Origin: Bispira polyomma
Lineage: Eukaryota
Length of the DNA: 64,000 nucleotides
Assembly: GCA_965649765.1 (NCBI GenBank)
Contig: OZ287749.1
Span: forward strand, 88,226,001-88,290,000
Direction: 5' to 3'
The position numbers and the translations under genes were made by a program. The notes below the pieces were generated by a model. That model had not been told where the DNA came from, ran no database searches, and was given only the letters and a program-made list of their open reading frames with translations. Below are positions 1 through 12,556 of this stretch, one piece after another (the first letter of the stretch is position 1; the number at the start of each line of letters is the position of its first letter).

Positions 1-414
1 ACTAAAAAAGCTAAAATAAAACTCCCAAAGCTGTTGTATACATTGGTGTTTTAATTCAGATTTATTTATGTATTAAACTATCACATAGGCATTGCTTGCT
101 CTATGCCTGTTGTACAGCTAATGATCTTCTTCATCAATTGTCACCTAAACTTAACCTGCTCTTTGGCTTTGGAATTCACCCTGGTTGTGGCTGAAGCTGG
201 CCTTGTACGGGCTGCAGCCTTTTTTAACCAAAGTTCGATCTTGGTAGTAAACTGTGTTGGTGGTCTTGACCACGGGTCAGTTGATACCAAGAATTAGAGG
301 TGTCTGTCCTTATTGTACACTGAGTTGCGTTGGCCTTTATAGTGACATTGAAAAAGCATTTGATATGGTTAACAAGGTGTGTAGAATGCAAGCATGTGGC
401 AGTTTATGATAGGT

Positions 415-536
415 TTAAAAAGTGGGGTGATGTGGGATGATAACATGTGGCAGCTTGTGATTGGCCCCTGTCCCTAACACATCCCCAGTGTCATCCACTG
501 ATTTCTGAGCATTCAGTTGAGTGCTGAAGTTGCTGC
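415..536 (-). CDS. Putative terminal coding exon of an unidentified antisense gene nested in the SPATA5L1 intron
   Basis: Minus-strand acceptor tatctttatgttccag|G; phase-1 entry reads (G)SNFSTQLNAQKSVDDTGDVLGTGANHKLPHVIIPHHPTF*; phase-compatible with the candidate exon at 2831-2924. No recognisable homology. Confidence 0.3.
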
Positions 537-828
537 CTGGAACATAAAGATACCAACAGGAACAGAAATTAGAACAGGGATTATCTTGACCAACAAAATA
601 CAATTCTCAGAATTATGTTACTGTCAGCCAATCAGATTCTTTGAAACAATATTTTCAGCCAGTCAAATTGGTTTAAATTTTCAAAAAAAACATCAGCCAT
701 GGTAACTTCATACGTTTACCGTATAAGTGAATGAAGGTGAAAGGAGAGCCAACTGAGTGGTTCTTACTTCTAAATGCTAAGATATTGTTTTAGCGTCTAC
801 CGGGGGAAGACCGCTACGGGAAAAATGC

Positions 829-1855
829 CATGCAGATGACACCCAAATTTATGTGCACCTATCCAATAAAAATACATCTACTGCCTTTGAACAGTTGAAC
901 CGGTGCCTTGACGATGTGAAAGAGTGGATGTCAACTGGTAAACTCAAACTTAATCCCGACAAGACTGAGTTCATAATCTTTGGCTCAAAACAACAGAGGG
1001 ATAAGTTGAAAGCATTGTTTCCAGTTGACATCCTGGGTAGCCCTCTCAGTCCAGCTGATTCTGTCAAGAACCTGGGTGTATGGTTTGACTCTGACTTTTC
1101 TTTCTCTAAACACGTTCAGAGTGTCTGCAAAAGCTGTTTTATGCAACTCCGTGACTTTAGACGTGTCAGATGGTTTCTCACTTATGATGCTTCTACACTT
1201 GTGGCCAATGCTTTTGTCAGTAGTAGACTGGATTACTGCAATTCACTTTTCAGGAGTCTCTCAAAGTTTAATTTACGCAAATTACAATGCATTCAAAATA
1301 GTGCAGCTAGAATTGTGTCAAACACCAGTCGATACACTAGTATAACTCCTGTTCTTAAGAAATTTCATTGGCTCCCTGTTGAACAGCGTTCAGTGTTTAA
1401 GACAGCTACACTTGTTTATAAGTTTCTCCACACTGGGTTTCCAAAGTATTTTGCCCCATATCTTTCCACTTACAGTAGTTCCTACAATACCAGACGTAGT
1501 CAGAGTGGTAGTAATTTCCTTGTTGTTCCAAAGTTCCACCCATCTACTCAAAAGTCGGTTAAACAGTTTGGTCACAGCTTTGCTTTTGATGCTCCCATTG
1601 TTTGGAATGGTCTTCCTGATGTGATTCGTGCTTCCCCCTCACTAGCCTGTTTTAGAAAGAAGCTTAAAACCCATTTGTACACTAAAGCATATCCACCTTA
1701 GTCTCAATCATCCCCCCGGCGCGCTCTATTGTTGCTGACCCTTTTTCTGTCCCTTGATTTTGGAAATTGGATAACTGTCTTTTGTGCTGGTGCGCCTTAG
1801 AGTCCCCTTTGTTAAGGGGAGATTAAGCGCAATAAAAGTCTAATTACAATTACAA
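829..1855 (+). mobile_element. 5'-truncated L2/CR1-group non-LTR retrotransposon (RT C-terminal half plus 3' end)
   Basis: Starts at HADDTQIY (YADD-type motif, 829). ORF 853-1701 has KLKLNPDKTEFI, KNLGVWFDSD, VSSRLDYCNSL, IQNSAARIV, HWLPV, YPP*. The 3' UTR has a GCGCCTTAG...TTAAGCGC stem, AATAAA and an (ATTACA)n tail. Confidence 0.9.
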
Positions 1856-2551
1856 CTTAATACACTACAGAGTACTTCCCTGGAATAGATCATTTTCACT
1901 GGTCATTAATGCAAATAGCTCAAATACATTTCAACCTACAGACAAATAATCACCCATCTCACAGAAAAAAAACATACAAATATACACCTGAAATTTATGT
2001 AAAAAGGAAATATCTGAGGATATAACACATAAAGTAACGTTTTACTGGCTGAAGTAACACTAAGGAATATGTAGGTCTTTTATTATTATGCATTTTTAAC
2101 ACGGTTTCTTAAAGCCAGGCATCTTTCAAAGCGTAACAGCAGACTAGTCTGGTGTCATTGTTAAGCTAGTAACACAATATATTATCTGCTATCCTCAGTA
2201 ATGCAATATATATGGTGTATGTGAACTGACCCAACATTAAATAAGGCAACATATTATGAAATCATTTTGTTGCAATATAGGTGACATATCCGGATATGAA
2301 AACACATGTTTTCAGGGCCTGAAAAACTTCCCCCCAAAAATCTAAAGCTCAAACTCAAATGCAACTTAAATGAAAGCTATGTGTAAACTCTGTATTTCTA
2401 AACACCCTACACTTGTGTATAACAATTCACTTTAATAGAGCATTTAATGGTGAATCCAAATACAGTCAGATACGATGTCTTTCATCTCACCTGAGATTTA
2501 AAGACGTCAGACTTGAGCTTCAGTCTGAGTTGATGAGTCTGAGCATTTTTA

Positions 2552-2772
2552 GATTTGAATTTGAATTCATTTTGGGGTTTTACATCACTTTTAACAGCTA
2601 TGGTCATATTACGATGGGCAGGATTGGAAACCAGTGCTGAAGCACTGTAAACCACCGACCTACGGTAGGTACCTGACAAATTTTCTCACATGAAGAAGGA
2701 ATCTGTAGGATTTGATCCCCAGAGGTAAGAGGCCAGTGATTTTAAAATAGACGCTTGTAACCACCAGGCCCC
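2552..2772 (-). mobile_element. tRNA-derived SINE
   Basis: Minus strand begins ggcctggtggtta (A-box-like) ... ggatcaaatcc (B-box-like), has the body cggtggttt...ctggtttcc and an (aattca)n-like tail. Related copies at 7640-8005, 35865-36072 and 47520-47742. Confidence 0.7.
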
Positions 2773-2830
2773 CCTGAGCGTTTGTGAGACTAAGCAAAAA
2801 TGGTTTACAGGTAAGCAATGATAAACTTAC

Positions 2831-2924
2831 CCTGTACTGGCTGAGGTGGCTTTACTTTCAATACCAGAGTTGGTGCTGTGAATTTCAGTGATTTTTTGTC
2901 GTTTCCCTTTTGGGAACTTGGGGT
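2831..2924 (-). CDS. Putative 94-nt internal exon of an unidentified antisense gene
   Basis: Strong minus-strand splice sites ctttctcctattacag|ACC...CAGG|gtaagt; open reading TPSSQKGNDKKSLKFTAPTLVLKVKPPQPVQ(G). Confidence 0.4.
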
Positions 2925-3136
2925 CTGTAATAGGAGAAAGACATTGATTTATAAATCTCTGTTTGGTGATGAATTTGGTCACTATATATGACAACACCAC
3001 ATGATGATAACTAATCACATATATCGTGATAAAATATATTTACAAAACCATGAGAATCCTGTTTAAAATAGTTAAAGCTTCATTAAACTTTACAACACAA
3101 TTAAATGAATAAAAAACAAAACCAAAACTTCACAAT

Positions 3137-3570
3137 AAACTAGACCTAGCGCATCGGGGAAACGATGCATATTTGTATCAACCAGAAAGACAAAGCACCC
3201 CAGGTAGCAAGCACCTTAGCTAGCACCCAAGCTAAGAGCCTATGATTTCCTATAGGGCATTTATGCTAAAGCCTGAAATCACACAAGTGGGTTTCACATT
3301 GCAAACATGGGAAACAAATAAGTGTGAGATAGGCACTTTAAAGTTTGGCCTACCCGTTTGACCTTGTATGAGGGATCCAAGGTCAAATCTGACCACAGCA
3401 AAAGATTAGCAGCCCATGATTTCCTATAAGTTGGTTTCACATCCCAAACCTGTAAGACCAATAATTAGCGAGATATAGGCACTTTTAGGTTTGGCCATCC
3501 CTGTTTGACCTTGAAGGAGAGGGCCAAGGTGAAATCTGAGCACAACAAAAGATTCCCTGCTTATGATTTC
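3137..3570. repeat. Short array of ~147-bp units, possibly part of a non-autonomous Helitron/Helentron-like element
   Basis: tttgacctt...aaggtcaaatctga...aaaagatt...atgatttcctata recurs at ~147-148 bp spacing (3357/3505; 3415/3562). The family assignment is inference. Confidence 0.5.
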
Positions 3571-3985
3571 AGTATTAAGTATTTTAAAGCTCTTCAGTTA
3601 CAATTTTTTAATCTGTGAGTTAAATATCAGCTTTTAATATTTTCAATATTAGCCAAGTGAAGGGCGAGTCAGCTGACATGATCAGTAAAGTGCAGAACTG
3701 GTATCTTATTGAGGAAAAGTTATGAATGAGAGTTTTCAATATTCTTCCAATGAATACTGAACTTTAGATGCGTATACCTTATTACATATTTGAAAGGTTT
3801 AACTTCCTCTTAGTGATGCTGTTTGTGTACTTTCACCAGAAGGTATTTAATAATACTGAAATAGTAGAGTAGATACAACCTCTGTTATCCAAACATGTTG
3901 AGAAAGCACCATGTTTTAGTCATTCCAGACTCTAATTCCAAAACTGCTCGATAGATTTTATTCATATTTGGTACACAGATGTATA

Positions 3986-4777
3986 TGTTGTATTGAAAGT
4001 AGATAACCATTGAATGTATACATTCAATGGCACCAAATATTGAATGTGTACATTCAATGGCTTAATTGTGGAATGTGTACATTCAATGATTTATCTGTGG
4101 AGAGTATACATTCAATAGCACCAACTATTAAATGTATACTCTCCATGGGCTGAGTCATTGAATGTGGAGTACAAAGACAAATGTGCATAAAAATTAAAGA
4201 ATGCAAACACATATTAAAAGAAAAACATTTTATTTGTCCAAAAAACAATATATTTTGTCATCTTAAAGGAGTTCATTAATATCAAAGCAAGGTGATTAAA
4301 GAGATCACAAATATAAAAGACCTATTTACCCCCTTGACATAGTTTTCCATTTAATTGCTATTAAGATCAAAGCAAGAACCCCACCTTTACAGTTAGGTGA
4401 TTAAAGAGATCACCAATATAATCTGTAGTTGGGTAAGTCCTGAGTATAAATAAAAGACCTGTTTACCCCCCTTGATATACTAATCCATTTAAAGCAATAC
4501 CTTATTTTAAGTAAGGATTAACAATACAGATATGATTAAAGAATGGAATTAAACTGATTTGTACATATTGAAATATTAACATTATTAAATTTTATCTACA
4601 TTGCATGACCTGGACTGTTGAATGTACACCACACAATATAGTCATTGAATGTATACATTCCATCGATGTCAGCTATTGAATGTATACATTCCATCGATGT
4701 CAGCTATTGAATGTACACGTTCAACAGTTAAGCCATTGAATGTATACATTCAATGGTTATCTACTTTCAATACAACA
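3986..4777. mobile_element. Non-autonomous TIR element (MITE), TGTTG...CAACA termini, TATA on both flanks
   Basis: 3986 tgttgtattgaaagtagataaccattgaatgtatacattcaatgg is the exact reverse complement of 4733-4777. TATA lies at 3982-3985 and 4778-4781. Subterminal ~30-bp palindromic repeats (attgaatgtatacattcaat). Confidence 0.85.
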
Positions 4778-4809
4778 TATATAAAGGTTACAAGACAAAT
4801 AAGCCTTTC

Positions 4810-5730
4810 CGGACTATATTTGGTACACAGATGTATACGGACCTGAGGAGGAACCCTATTCTATGGTGACCGTAAACTCCTGAGAGTTAAAATTTTATGA
4901 CGACTTTAAGGTTACAGTATATTTTAGTCATTCCGGACCCTAACTCCAAAACTGCTTGATGGATTTCATTCATAGTTAGTACACATGTGTATATGGACCT
5001 GAGGAGGAGCCTTATTGTATGGTGATCTTAAACTGCTAAGAGTTAAAATTTTATGACAACTTTAAGGTTACAGCATATTTCAATCATTTCGGACTCTGAC
5101 TCCAAAACTGCTTTATGAATTTCATTCATATTTGGTACACAGATGTATATGAACCTGAGGAGGAACCTTATTGTTTGGTGACCTTAAGCTCCTAATAGTT
5201 AAAATTTTAGGATGACTTTAAGGTTACAGCATATTTCAGTCATTCCAAACTCTAACTCAAAAACTGCTTGATGGATTTTATTCAGATTTGGTACACAGAT
5301 GTATATGGACCTGAGGAGGAACCTTTTTGTATGGTGACATTAAACTCTTACCCATCTATTTTATGACGACTTTAAGGTTACGGCATGTTTTGATCATTCC
5401 AGACTCTAACTCCAAAACCGCTTGATGGATTTCATTCATATTTGGTACACAGATGAATATGGATCTGAGGAGAAACCCTATTGTCTGGTTACGTTAAACT
5501 CCTAAGAATTAAATTTTTATGACGACTTTAAGGTTACAGCATATTTTAGACATTCCAGACTCTAAATCCAAAAGTACTTGATTGGATTTAATTTCATATT
5601 TGGTACACAGATGTATATGAACCTGGGGAGGAACCCTGTTGTATGGTGGCTTTAAACTCATAACAGCAAAAGTATTATAATGAGTTTTAAATTACGACAT
5701 GTTTGATTACTTTCAGACTGTAACACAAAA
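4810..5730. repeat. ~156-bp tandem repeat, ~6 copies (a further partial copy at 3910-3985)
   Basis: The anchor ttggtacacagatgtatatggacctgaggagg recurs at 4824, 4980, 5136, 5292, 5446 and 5604 (periods 156, 156, 156, 154, 158). Confidence 0.95.
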
Positions 5731-6268
5731 CCTTTCTGTACACTGTTAAGTTAATATTTGACATTTAGAGCAGTTTTTGTCAATTTTGTCCACTTCACTA
5801 GTATGGTAGACTAACCCAACCTCACGAAAACAAATTTTTATTTTGTGAAAAACATTTTTTGGGTCTTGTAAATTTTGAAATGCTTTGAAATAAAATATGT
5901 AGTGTATGCTAGTTCCACCTGGCGAAAATCTGTTCCATTTCCTTAAAATGTAGGTGATGGTACCACTGCATGCTTGTTTTATACTTCTTTGCATTCATAC
6001 AATTTTTTCTCTCCCCAACTTACCTAAGAGCAGAGGACACAGTAACATTCATCTGATTTCTTTTTTTATTAGATGTTTCGCCCATGTCTTGTACACACAT
6101 TCAGATAGCAAACTGGTACTTTTTATCGCACTTTTTCCACCACTGAAGACGAATATATACTGATAGGTAGCTGCACAAAAAATCCAACTTTGTCTGTCCT
6201 AAGTCAGAGCCGTACCTAATTGTGCGACCAATTATTGGTCGCAATTGACATCTTGTTAATAACTTTAG

Positions 6269-6691
<423 letters not shown>

Positions 6692-7367
6692 TGACTTTAG
6701 TGTTATAGTAGGTTGTTTAGATTCATGTTTAGACATGTATAATACATGTATTATACATTGTATAATTTTGAATTTTGTAAACCATTTTGGCTTTTAAGGT
6801 GGAGCTTTAATTCAGACTTATACTTGTAGCACAAACTAACACTTTTTTGCTGTTACAGATATATAGAGGCTTTCACTTTATCATAATAGTCTAGGGTATT
6901 GTGCATATTTTGTTGTGATATATGTTTGACTCCAGATTGTTTTATCATATTGAATTGTGACTTGGATTATTAGATCCAGCAAAGTGACATAAAACCTTAA
7001 ATGAATTTGTATTATCCTCTTCTGTCATACTAAAATGTGTTATAAGCATTTTATTGTCTAAAGTCTTTCTCTCTCAAGCTATTTTAATTGCTCAAATTTA
7101 CTGTTATTTTGAAATGTGGACAATAAGTTTACATTACGCACTCCTGTAGGCCCTCCTGTAAAATATCTTATAAGTGGGCTGTTGCAACTTACTATCAAAT
7201 GTCTCAAGGTATAACTTGTGCTTTAAAATCTACATAAAAGAGGAAATTGACTTTTCAGGGTTCTACTTTGGAGTATTATGTAATTGCATTATTTTTTGTA
7301 TAAAGTAAGTTGCAACACAGGTTCAATGTGCTTTAAATGTTTAGTTGTGTATTTATCTCTGTTATAG

Positions 7368-7493
7368 ACAAGGAGAGAAATCCTTCGTGTACACACTGCC
7401 AATATGAGTACAGACAATGATTTAAACTTAGAATGCATAGCATCAAGTACTGAAAACTTTACTGGAGCAGACCTAGAAAATCTCTGTAGAGAA
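7368..7493 (+). CDS. SPATA5L1: SPATA5L1/AFG2B-like penultimate exon (AAA lid domain)
   Basis: gttatag|ACA...GAA|gtatgt, phase 0/0; TRREILRVHTANMSTDNDLNLECIASSTENFTGADLENLCRE contains the F.GADL..LC.E motif. Not in the ORF track. Confidence 0.9.
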
Positions 7494-7639
7494 GTATGTT
7501 TGGAGTTATTGTACTGTTACAAAATATAGCCTCTATTGTCCAAACTTCTGTTATACAACTATTTGACTTATGAATGCATTTTCATTCTCTCAAATGTATG
7601 TTTTTGTATAAGTGACACTATAATACCTGTTCTATGGTA

Positions 7640-8005
7640 TGAATTTGAATTTAATTGGGTTTTACATCGCTTTCAACAGCTTAGGTCATATCACGATGGC
7701 CAGATTTTATGGTGGAAGAAACCAGTGCTGGGAAACCAGATTCTGCTATATATATATTGCTATATATTGAATATTTTCCTCAAGGATTTGTTTTGTAGTG
7801 ATGAACTTGACTAATGAAATTAATATATTATTATTAAGGTGGGTTTTTCATCGCTTTCAACAGCTTAGGTCATGTCACAACGGCCAGTCAATGGTGAAAG
7901 AAACCCCCGACCTAAGGCAAGTACCTGACAAACTTTCGCACATAGTTGAGAGGCCAGTGATTGTAAAGCAAACACTTCTAACCACTAGGCCATCACCGCA
8001 CCCCC
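7640..8005 (-). mobile_element. Two tRNA-SINE fragments in a SPATA5L1 intron
   Basis: gggttttacatcgctttcaacagcttaggtcat occurs twice (~7658, ~7841); same family as 2552-2772; the second copy runs to taaccactaggcc. Confidence 0.65.
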
Positions 8006-8153
8006 TGATGAAACTTAATAATACCGGCAAAAGCCTTCATGGTCATACATGTAACAAACTAGTAAAATTATTACTCAATCTGTCATAAATAGGTTAGATA
8101 TAAAGAAATTTAGGTACACAGTTATATCGGATCTATTATGGTGTTTTTTCCAG

Positions 8154-8294
8154 GCAGCCTTGTATGCTCTGACAGTTGATGGGATTGAAGTGAATTGTGT
8201 AAAGCAGGAACACTTTGATGCAGTCCTTGAAACTGTACAGCCGAGCCTTAGTACAGAACAGATATCTTTATACAGTGACTATACAAGATCATGA
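8154..8294 (+). CDS. SPATA5L1: SPATA5L1/AFG2B-like terminal coding exon
   Basis: ttttttccag|GCA; AALYALTVDGIEVNCVKQEHFDAVLETVQPSLSTEQISLYSDYTRS*; resembles the recalled vertebrate SPATA5L1 C-terminus (AALLAL..G....VKQEHF...L.TV.PSLS). Confidence 0.85.
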   Translation, partial: AALYALTVDGIEVNCVKQEHFDAVLETVQPSLSTEQISLYSDYTRS

Positions 8295-8953
8295 CAGAAT
8301 TCTTCAACTGAAACAGATGATCTGGATAATATATGATGTTTATATATGTGTATTCTAAATACCTGTAGTGGTTTTGTTTGCTTGTGTATATTTTCTATCC
8401 AACAACACAGAAAGCTGGTTTATTTACTGGTTATGTAGAGACCATATTTGTCTAAGCTTTTCACAAATAACATGTAAGATTTTATTCTTTAAACAAAATC
8501 TTGCTCCCCCAACATATTCAGATAATAGAGGTTTCACTATATAATCTATAAAACTATTAATGTCTTGTCTGACTTACAATTTAAGTTCGGTCTAGTGTTT
8601 TTGTTGATTCAAAAATATGAAGTTCAATACAATGGAAAAACGTTGATGAAACTTCTACTCTTTGATTTGATGAAAGTCAATTTCACCAATATATATATAA
8701 TTCTGGTTTTCTCTTATACTGAGCTGTTTAATAGAAGTTCTGCTATACTACTTGTAAAGTATCAGTTTTTCACTAGAGTATGCTGCTCTTTTATTAATAC
8801 ATACTGGCTTACTGAATTTGCTGCTTTCAGCCATATCTGGCAGTCAAACTAGTGGCCAGTTTAAGATATTAAAGTGCTAATGTTATGGTGTAAAGCAGTA
8901 AATGTTATGTTGTTTAAGATATATATGTGTATCATTATTATATATCAAGTCTA

Positions 8954-8959
8954 AATAAA
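8954..8959 (+). promoter_or_regulatory. Candidate polyadenylation signal of the ATPase gene
   Basis: AATAAA ~660 nt after the stop, followed by a GT/T-rich tract (ttggtgcatttcttttggtg). Confidence 0.4.
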
Positions 8960-9124
8960 ATATGATTGCAAACTTGGTGCATTTCTTTTGGTGAAATTGG
9001 TTTCAAAGGAGTAAAAATCTGCACCAGCTTCACATGTGAACATTCTTAGATCTTTGTACTTTCTATGGCTACAAAAAAAGTAATGCAGCTTATCACTGAA
9101 ATATTGTATATATATTTTTAATGC

Positions 9125-9375
9125 GCTTTTTTGATGCGAGGCTTCTTCTAAAGTGCTACAACCAAATCAATCATGTGTCCTACAACACATCATGGGTCAT
9201 CATCATTAGGCCATGGTATGTTCACATCTTTCCCAAGGATGTTGTCCTACCAATGAACCTAGCAGCATCAGTAGGAGTACAATTGGGAACCTTCCGATCA
9301 CTAGACAAATTCCTCACTTGGAGTTGAACCAGGGACCGGATAACCATACCAACTCTCAAACTACTAGGCCACGGG
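9125..9375 (-). mobile_element. Degenerate tRNA-derived SINE (different family)
   Basis: Minus strand starts cgtggcctagtagtt (A box) ... ggttcaactcc (B box). Confidence 0.45.
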
Positions 9376-11585
9376 AAACCACAATAGCAGACAAAAACCA
9401 TAAGTTTGTTCTGAATGTTAGTAAATAATTCCTGGAAGCTAATTAACTTTGAATATCACTACCCCTGTAAAATTCAGAAGAGTGCAATGTGGAATCAGAT
9501 GGAAGTCAAAACTTTCTTGGTCTTTTCTGCATTTGGCCTCCTATCCTCATTAACCTTAGAAGGCTGAAAAACTTTTGTGAAGTCAATAAATGGGTCATTC
9601 CAAACCTTTTGATGTAACAGTATAAAGTGAATCAAATACAATGCTAAATCAATGGGTTATTTTTCTTCCTAGAAGTTTTGTATTAGGTCTCGCATAAATA
9701 ACTTGCTGTCCATTCAAGACTATGTAGGGTCATTTTTCTTCCGGGCATCCGTACTCCTGTCTCTCCATACCTCAAAAAATTACATTGGTTTCTTATTCAT
9801 TATAGATTTTTGTTTAAAATCCATGTCGCCACTTTCAAACCTGTTGTCTCTCGGGTTGTCTCTCAACAGACCTACCTTGCTACTCTTCTTTCTTTCAGTA
9901 AGCACAAGAGCGGAAAGAGACTGTTTACTCTGTTAAACTCGCCAAGAGGGCTTACTCTAGAGCTGTTTCTATCACTGCCCCATGTAATTTTGTAACAGTC
10001 TCCCAGTTGAGCTTTGATCACTAGAAACTCTTCCTGGGTTTAGGGGAAAACTTAAAAACCTATCTCTACAAACTCGCTTACCCCCCTTAGTTCCCTCTCT
10101 GTACACCCCCACATCATTACTTAGGACCTGGCTATTTTTTTTCGACTTCTCGATTGGTTAATTCATTTGGGTGTTGCACTTTAAAAGATGCCTTGCATCA
10201 ATAAAGCGCGTAAAGGGGTGGTTCCACATTCAAGTTCGATCGGCAAAATGTCCCCGACTTTAAAGTCTGGGTGGTCGGGAACCAAAATTGTGAAAAATTC
10301 CCTTTTTGGGCAGGAAAATGTAAATGTGTCCCGACCTTGCAGATCGAACTGATTGCGCCCCGTTTTGACAGGCCCGTGACCTCAATCGAACGTAAAGGCC
10401 GTATGGCTTTGAACTCTACTGACCCCCGACCTTCCCGACCTTGATAGGATCAAACTTATTGGCTATAGGATCTGACATATTGGCCTAGGATTGAACATAT
10501 TGACTATAGGATCTGACTTATCCCTCATCCCGACCAATAGGATCGAACTTTTTTAAAATGAAGTCGGGAGTGCTTTCTGACCCTATAAGTACCCTTTTTG
10601 AGCCCTAAAACTCAGGAATGTTTAAGTAATTAGGTCATTAATAATTGAGTAATTGAGTACAATGCCAGGAAGAAATGATGAAGATTTCTTAAGGAGCCTA
10701 GGGAAATTTTTATTTTTTTTTAAGATTGAAGTATGTTTCCTCACGTTTATATTACATGAGAAAGACAAGGCTCAGGCTCGGGCTCATGAAGAATTGAACC
10801 CAACACCACCACATACCCCTTAGGCTCCCCCGGAGAAGATTGGGCTTCCACGTGTCACCCATCCTCTGGGTCAAGCCCTGGATCAGGCAAAGAGAGGCCC
10901 AAGGATACTACACAAACCTAATGCCGGAGCTACAGGAGGGGAATGCAACCGCATATAGGAACATGTGAATTATAAGTGCCATGACGTGTTTTTATAAAGC
11001 AGAGGACTATCTTAATTTGTATGGAATATACTGTGTTTTGTCTTACATAAAGTACACATAGAGAAGGGTGAGATTTAATAGTCTAATTTTCGTGGTTTTC
11101 TTTGGATTCTGAGTTTTCTATAAATACTTTTATATTGGATTTTAAACAGCAATTGGAGGACGATATTAGAGGTAAAATTGGACTTTGTTTATAAACACTG
11201 CCTCCTTAATTGGTGTAACCATGTCAACAATGTACTGACTGAACCTTGTATTGGCAAGTGTATGGTGGTCAGAAAGGTGTTTTGATAGCAATTAGGATAC
11301 CAATCAGCTGACTACAACCCTCTGTAATAGTGTCAAAATCAACAACAATTAACATTAAATCTACAAATGATCAACAGGACAAGGACCTGTTTAGGTGTTT
11401 AATTAAGCTGCTATTTGTGTGTTTATATTGACTTAGTCTGTGAGGGGAATGTTCTGGAATAGTTCTCAAGTGATTAGACTTCCACTGGTGCAAATATAGA
11501 CCACTAAGACTGTGTGCAATTCTAATAAAGATAGTACCCCCAATAATTTTAATTTTGAAAAAAAAAAACAACATTCTTTGGGGGT

Positions 11586-12556
11586 ATGAACAAAAATACA
11601 AACAAACGCAAAAACAGACGATCAAATAGTTCTAGCCACACACCAAGTCCTGTCCAAAACAAGAAAACCAGAGAAGCAGACTACACCAACAAGTACAGTC
11701 CACTTAGTGATCTTGGCTCCCCTGATTCAGACAGTATAAATAAAGAAATGGAGGGGGATAAACAGACAAATGAACTACTTTCTAATGTTCTCTCCCAACT
11801 ACAAACTCTAACTACCTCAGTAAACAACCTTGCAATGGCCCAACCCAAAACCAAAAGACAGAGTTATCTGACGTTAAAAAAGACCTTGCGATGTACCTTG
11901 ATCAATCAAATCACATTATAATGTTACACAAAGATACAGAAAATCAGGTGAAAGCTCTTCAAGATACAGTAAAACTGCTCCCGAATGTCAAAGTAGGTGT
12001 TAACAGTCCAGATCATACTGTAGTGATAAGTGGATTACCAGAGTCTTATCCTGAGGACCTACACATGAAGGTGTCCGAGTTACTTGGTTTCATGAACAAA
12101 GACAGTCGCACTATTACAGAAGTGTTTAGACTCAGAAGCAGAGCACAGGGTAAACCAGGCTTAGTTAAAGCAAGCTTTGCAACTGTAGCAGCCAAGATTG
12201 ATGTTCTGAGAGGCAAACAGTGCTTGAGAGGCTCCAGATATGGAGGGGTTTACATGAGAACTAGCAAATCCCACAGTGAAAGACTAAATGAAATAAATAC
12301 TAAAATCATGCTTGAAAATTGCCCATGGGGCAAGGACTACAGAGTAGCAGCAAATGGACGTGTAGTGCGTAAAGACACCACAAACTTTAATATTCAACAT
12401 GCAACAGCTCCTGCACAAGCCTACACAAGCCCTTTAGATATGTCACAATATCCACCTCTGACTCATGCCGGCCAACAACAGGGACACCCACAGAATCTTC
12501 GACAGTCGCCAAATCTACACGGCTCTTACAGGGATGCTATTAACCAAAATGCATAG
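11586..12556 (+). CDS. LINE ORF1 (basic N-terminus, coiled coil, RRM-like region); one frameshift near 11845
   Basis: ORFs 11586-11921 and 11891-12556 join into one protein; VVISGLPES, VFRL, GKPGLVK and VYMR motifs are typical of LINE ORF1. Confidence 0.8.

Noticed and set aside
3986-4777. Solo LTR (TG...CA ends)
   Set aside because: The ends are 45-bp perfect inverted repeats with mirrored subterminal arrays, which indicates a TIR element.
4810-5730. CRISPR array or coding repeat
   Set aside because: Whole 156-bp units repeat with scattered substitutions and stops; no spacer structure.
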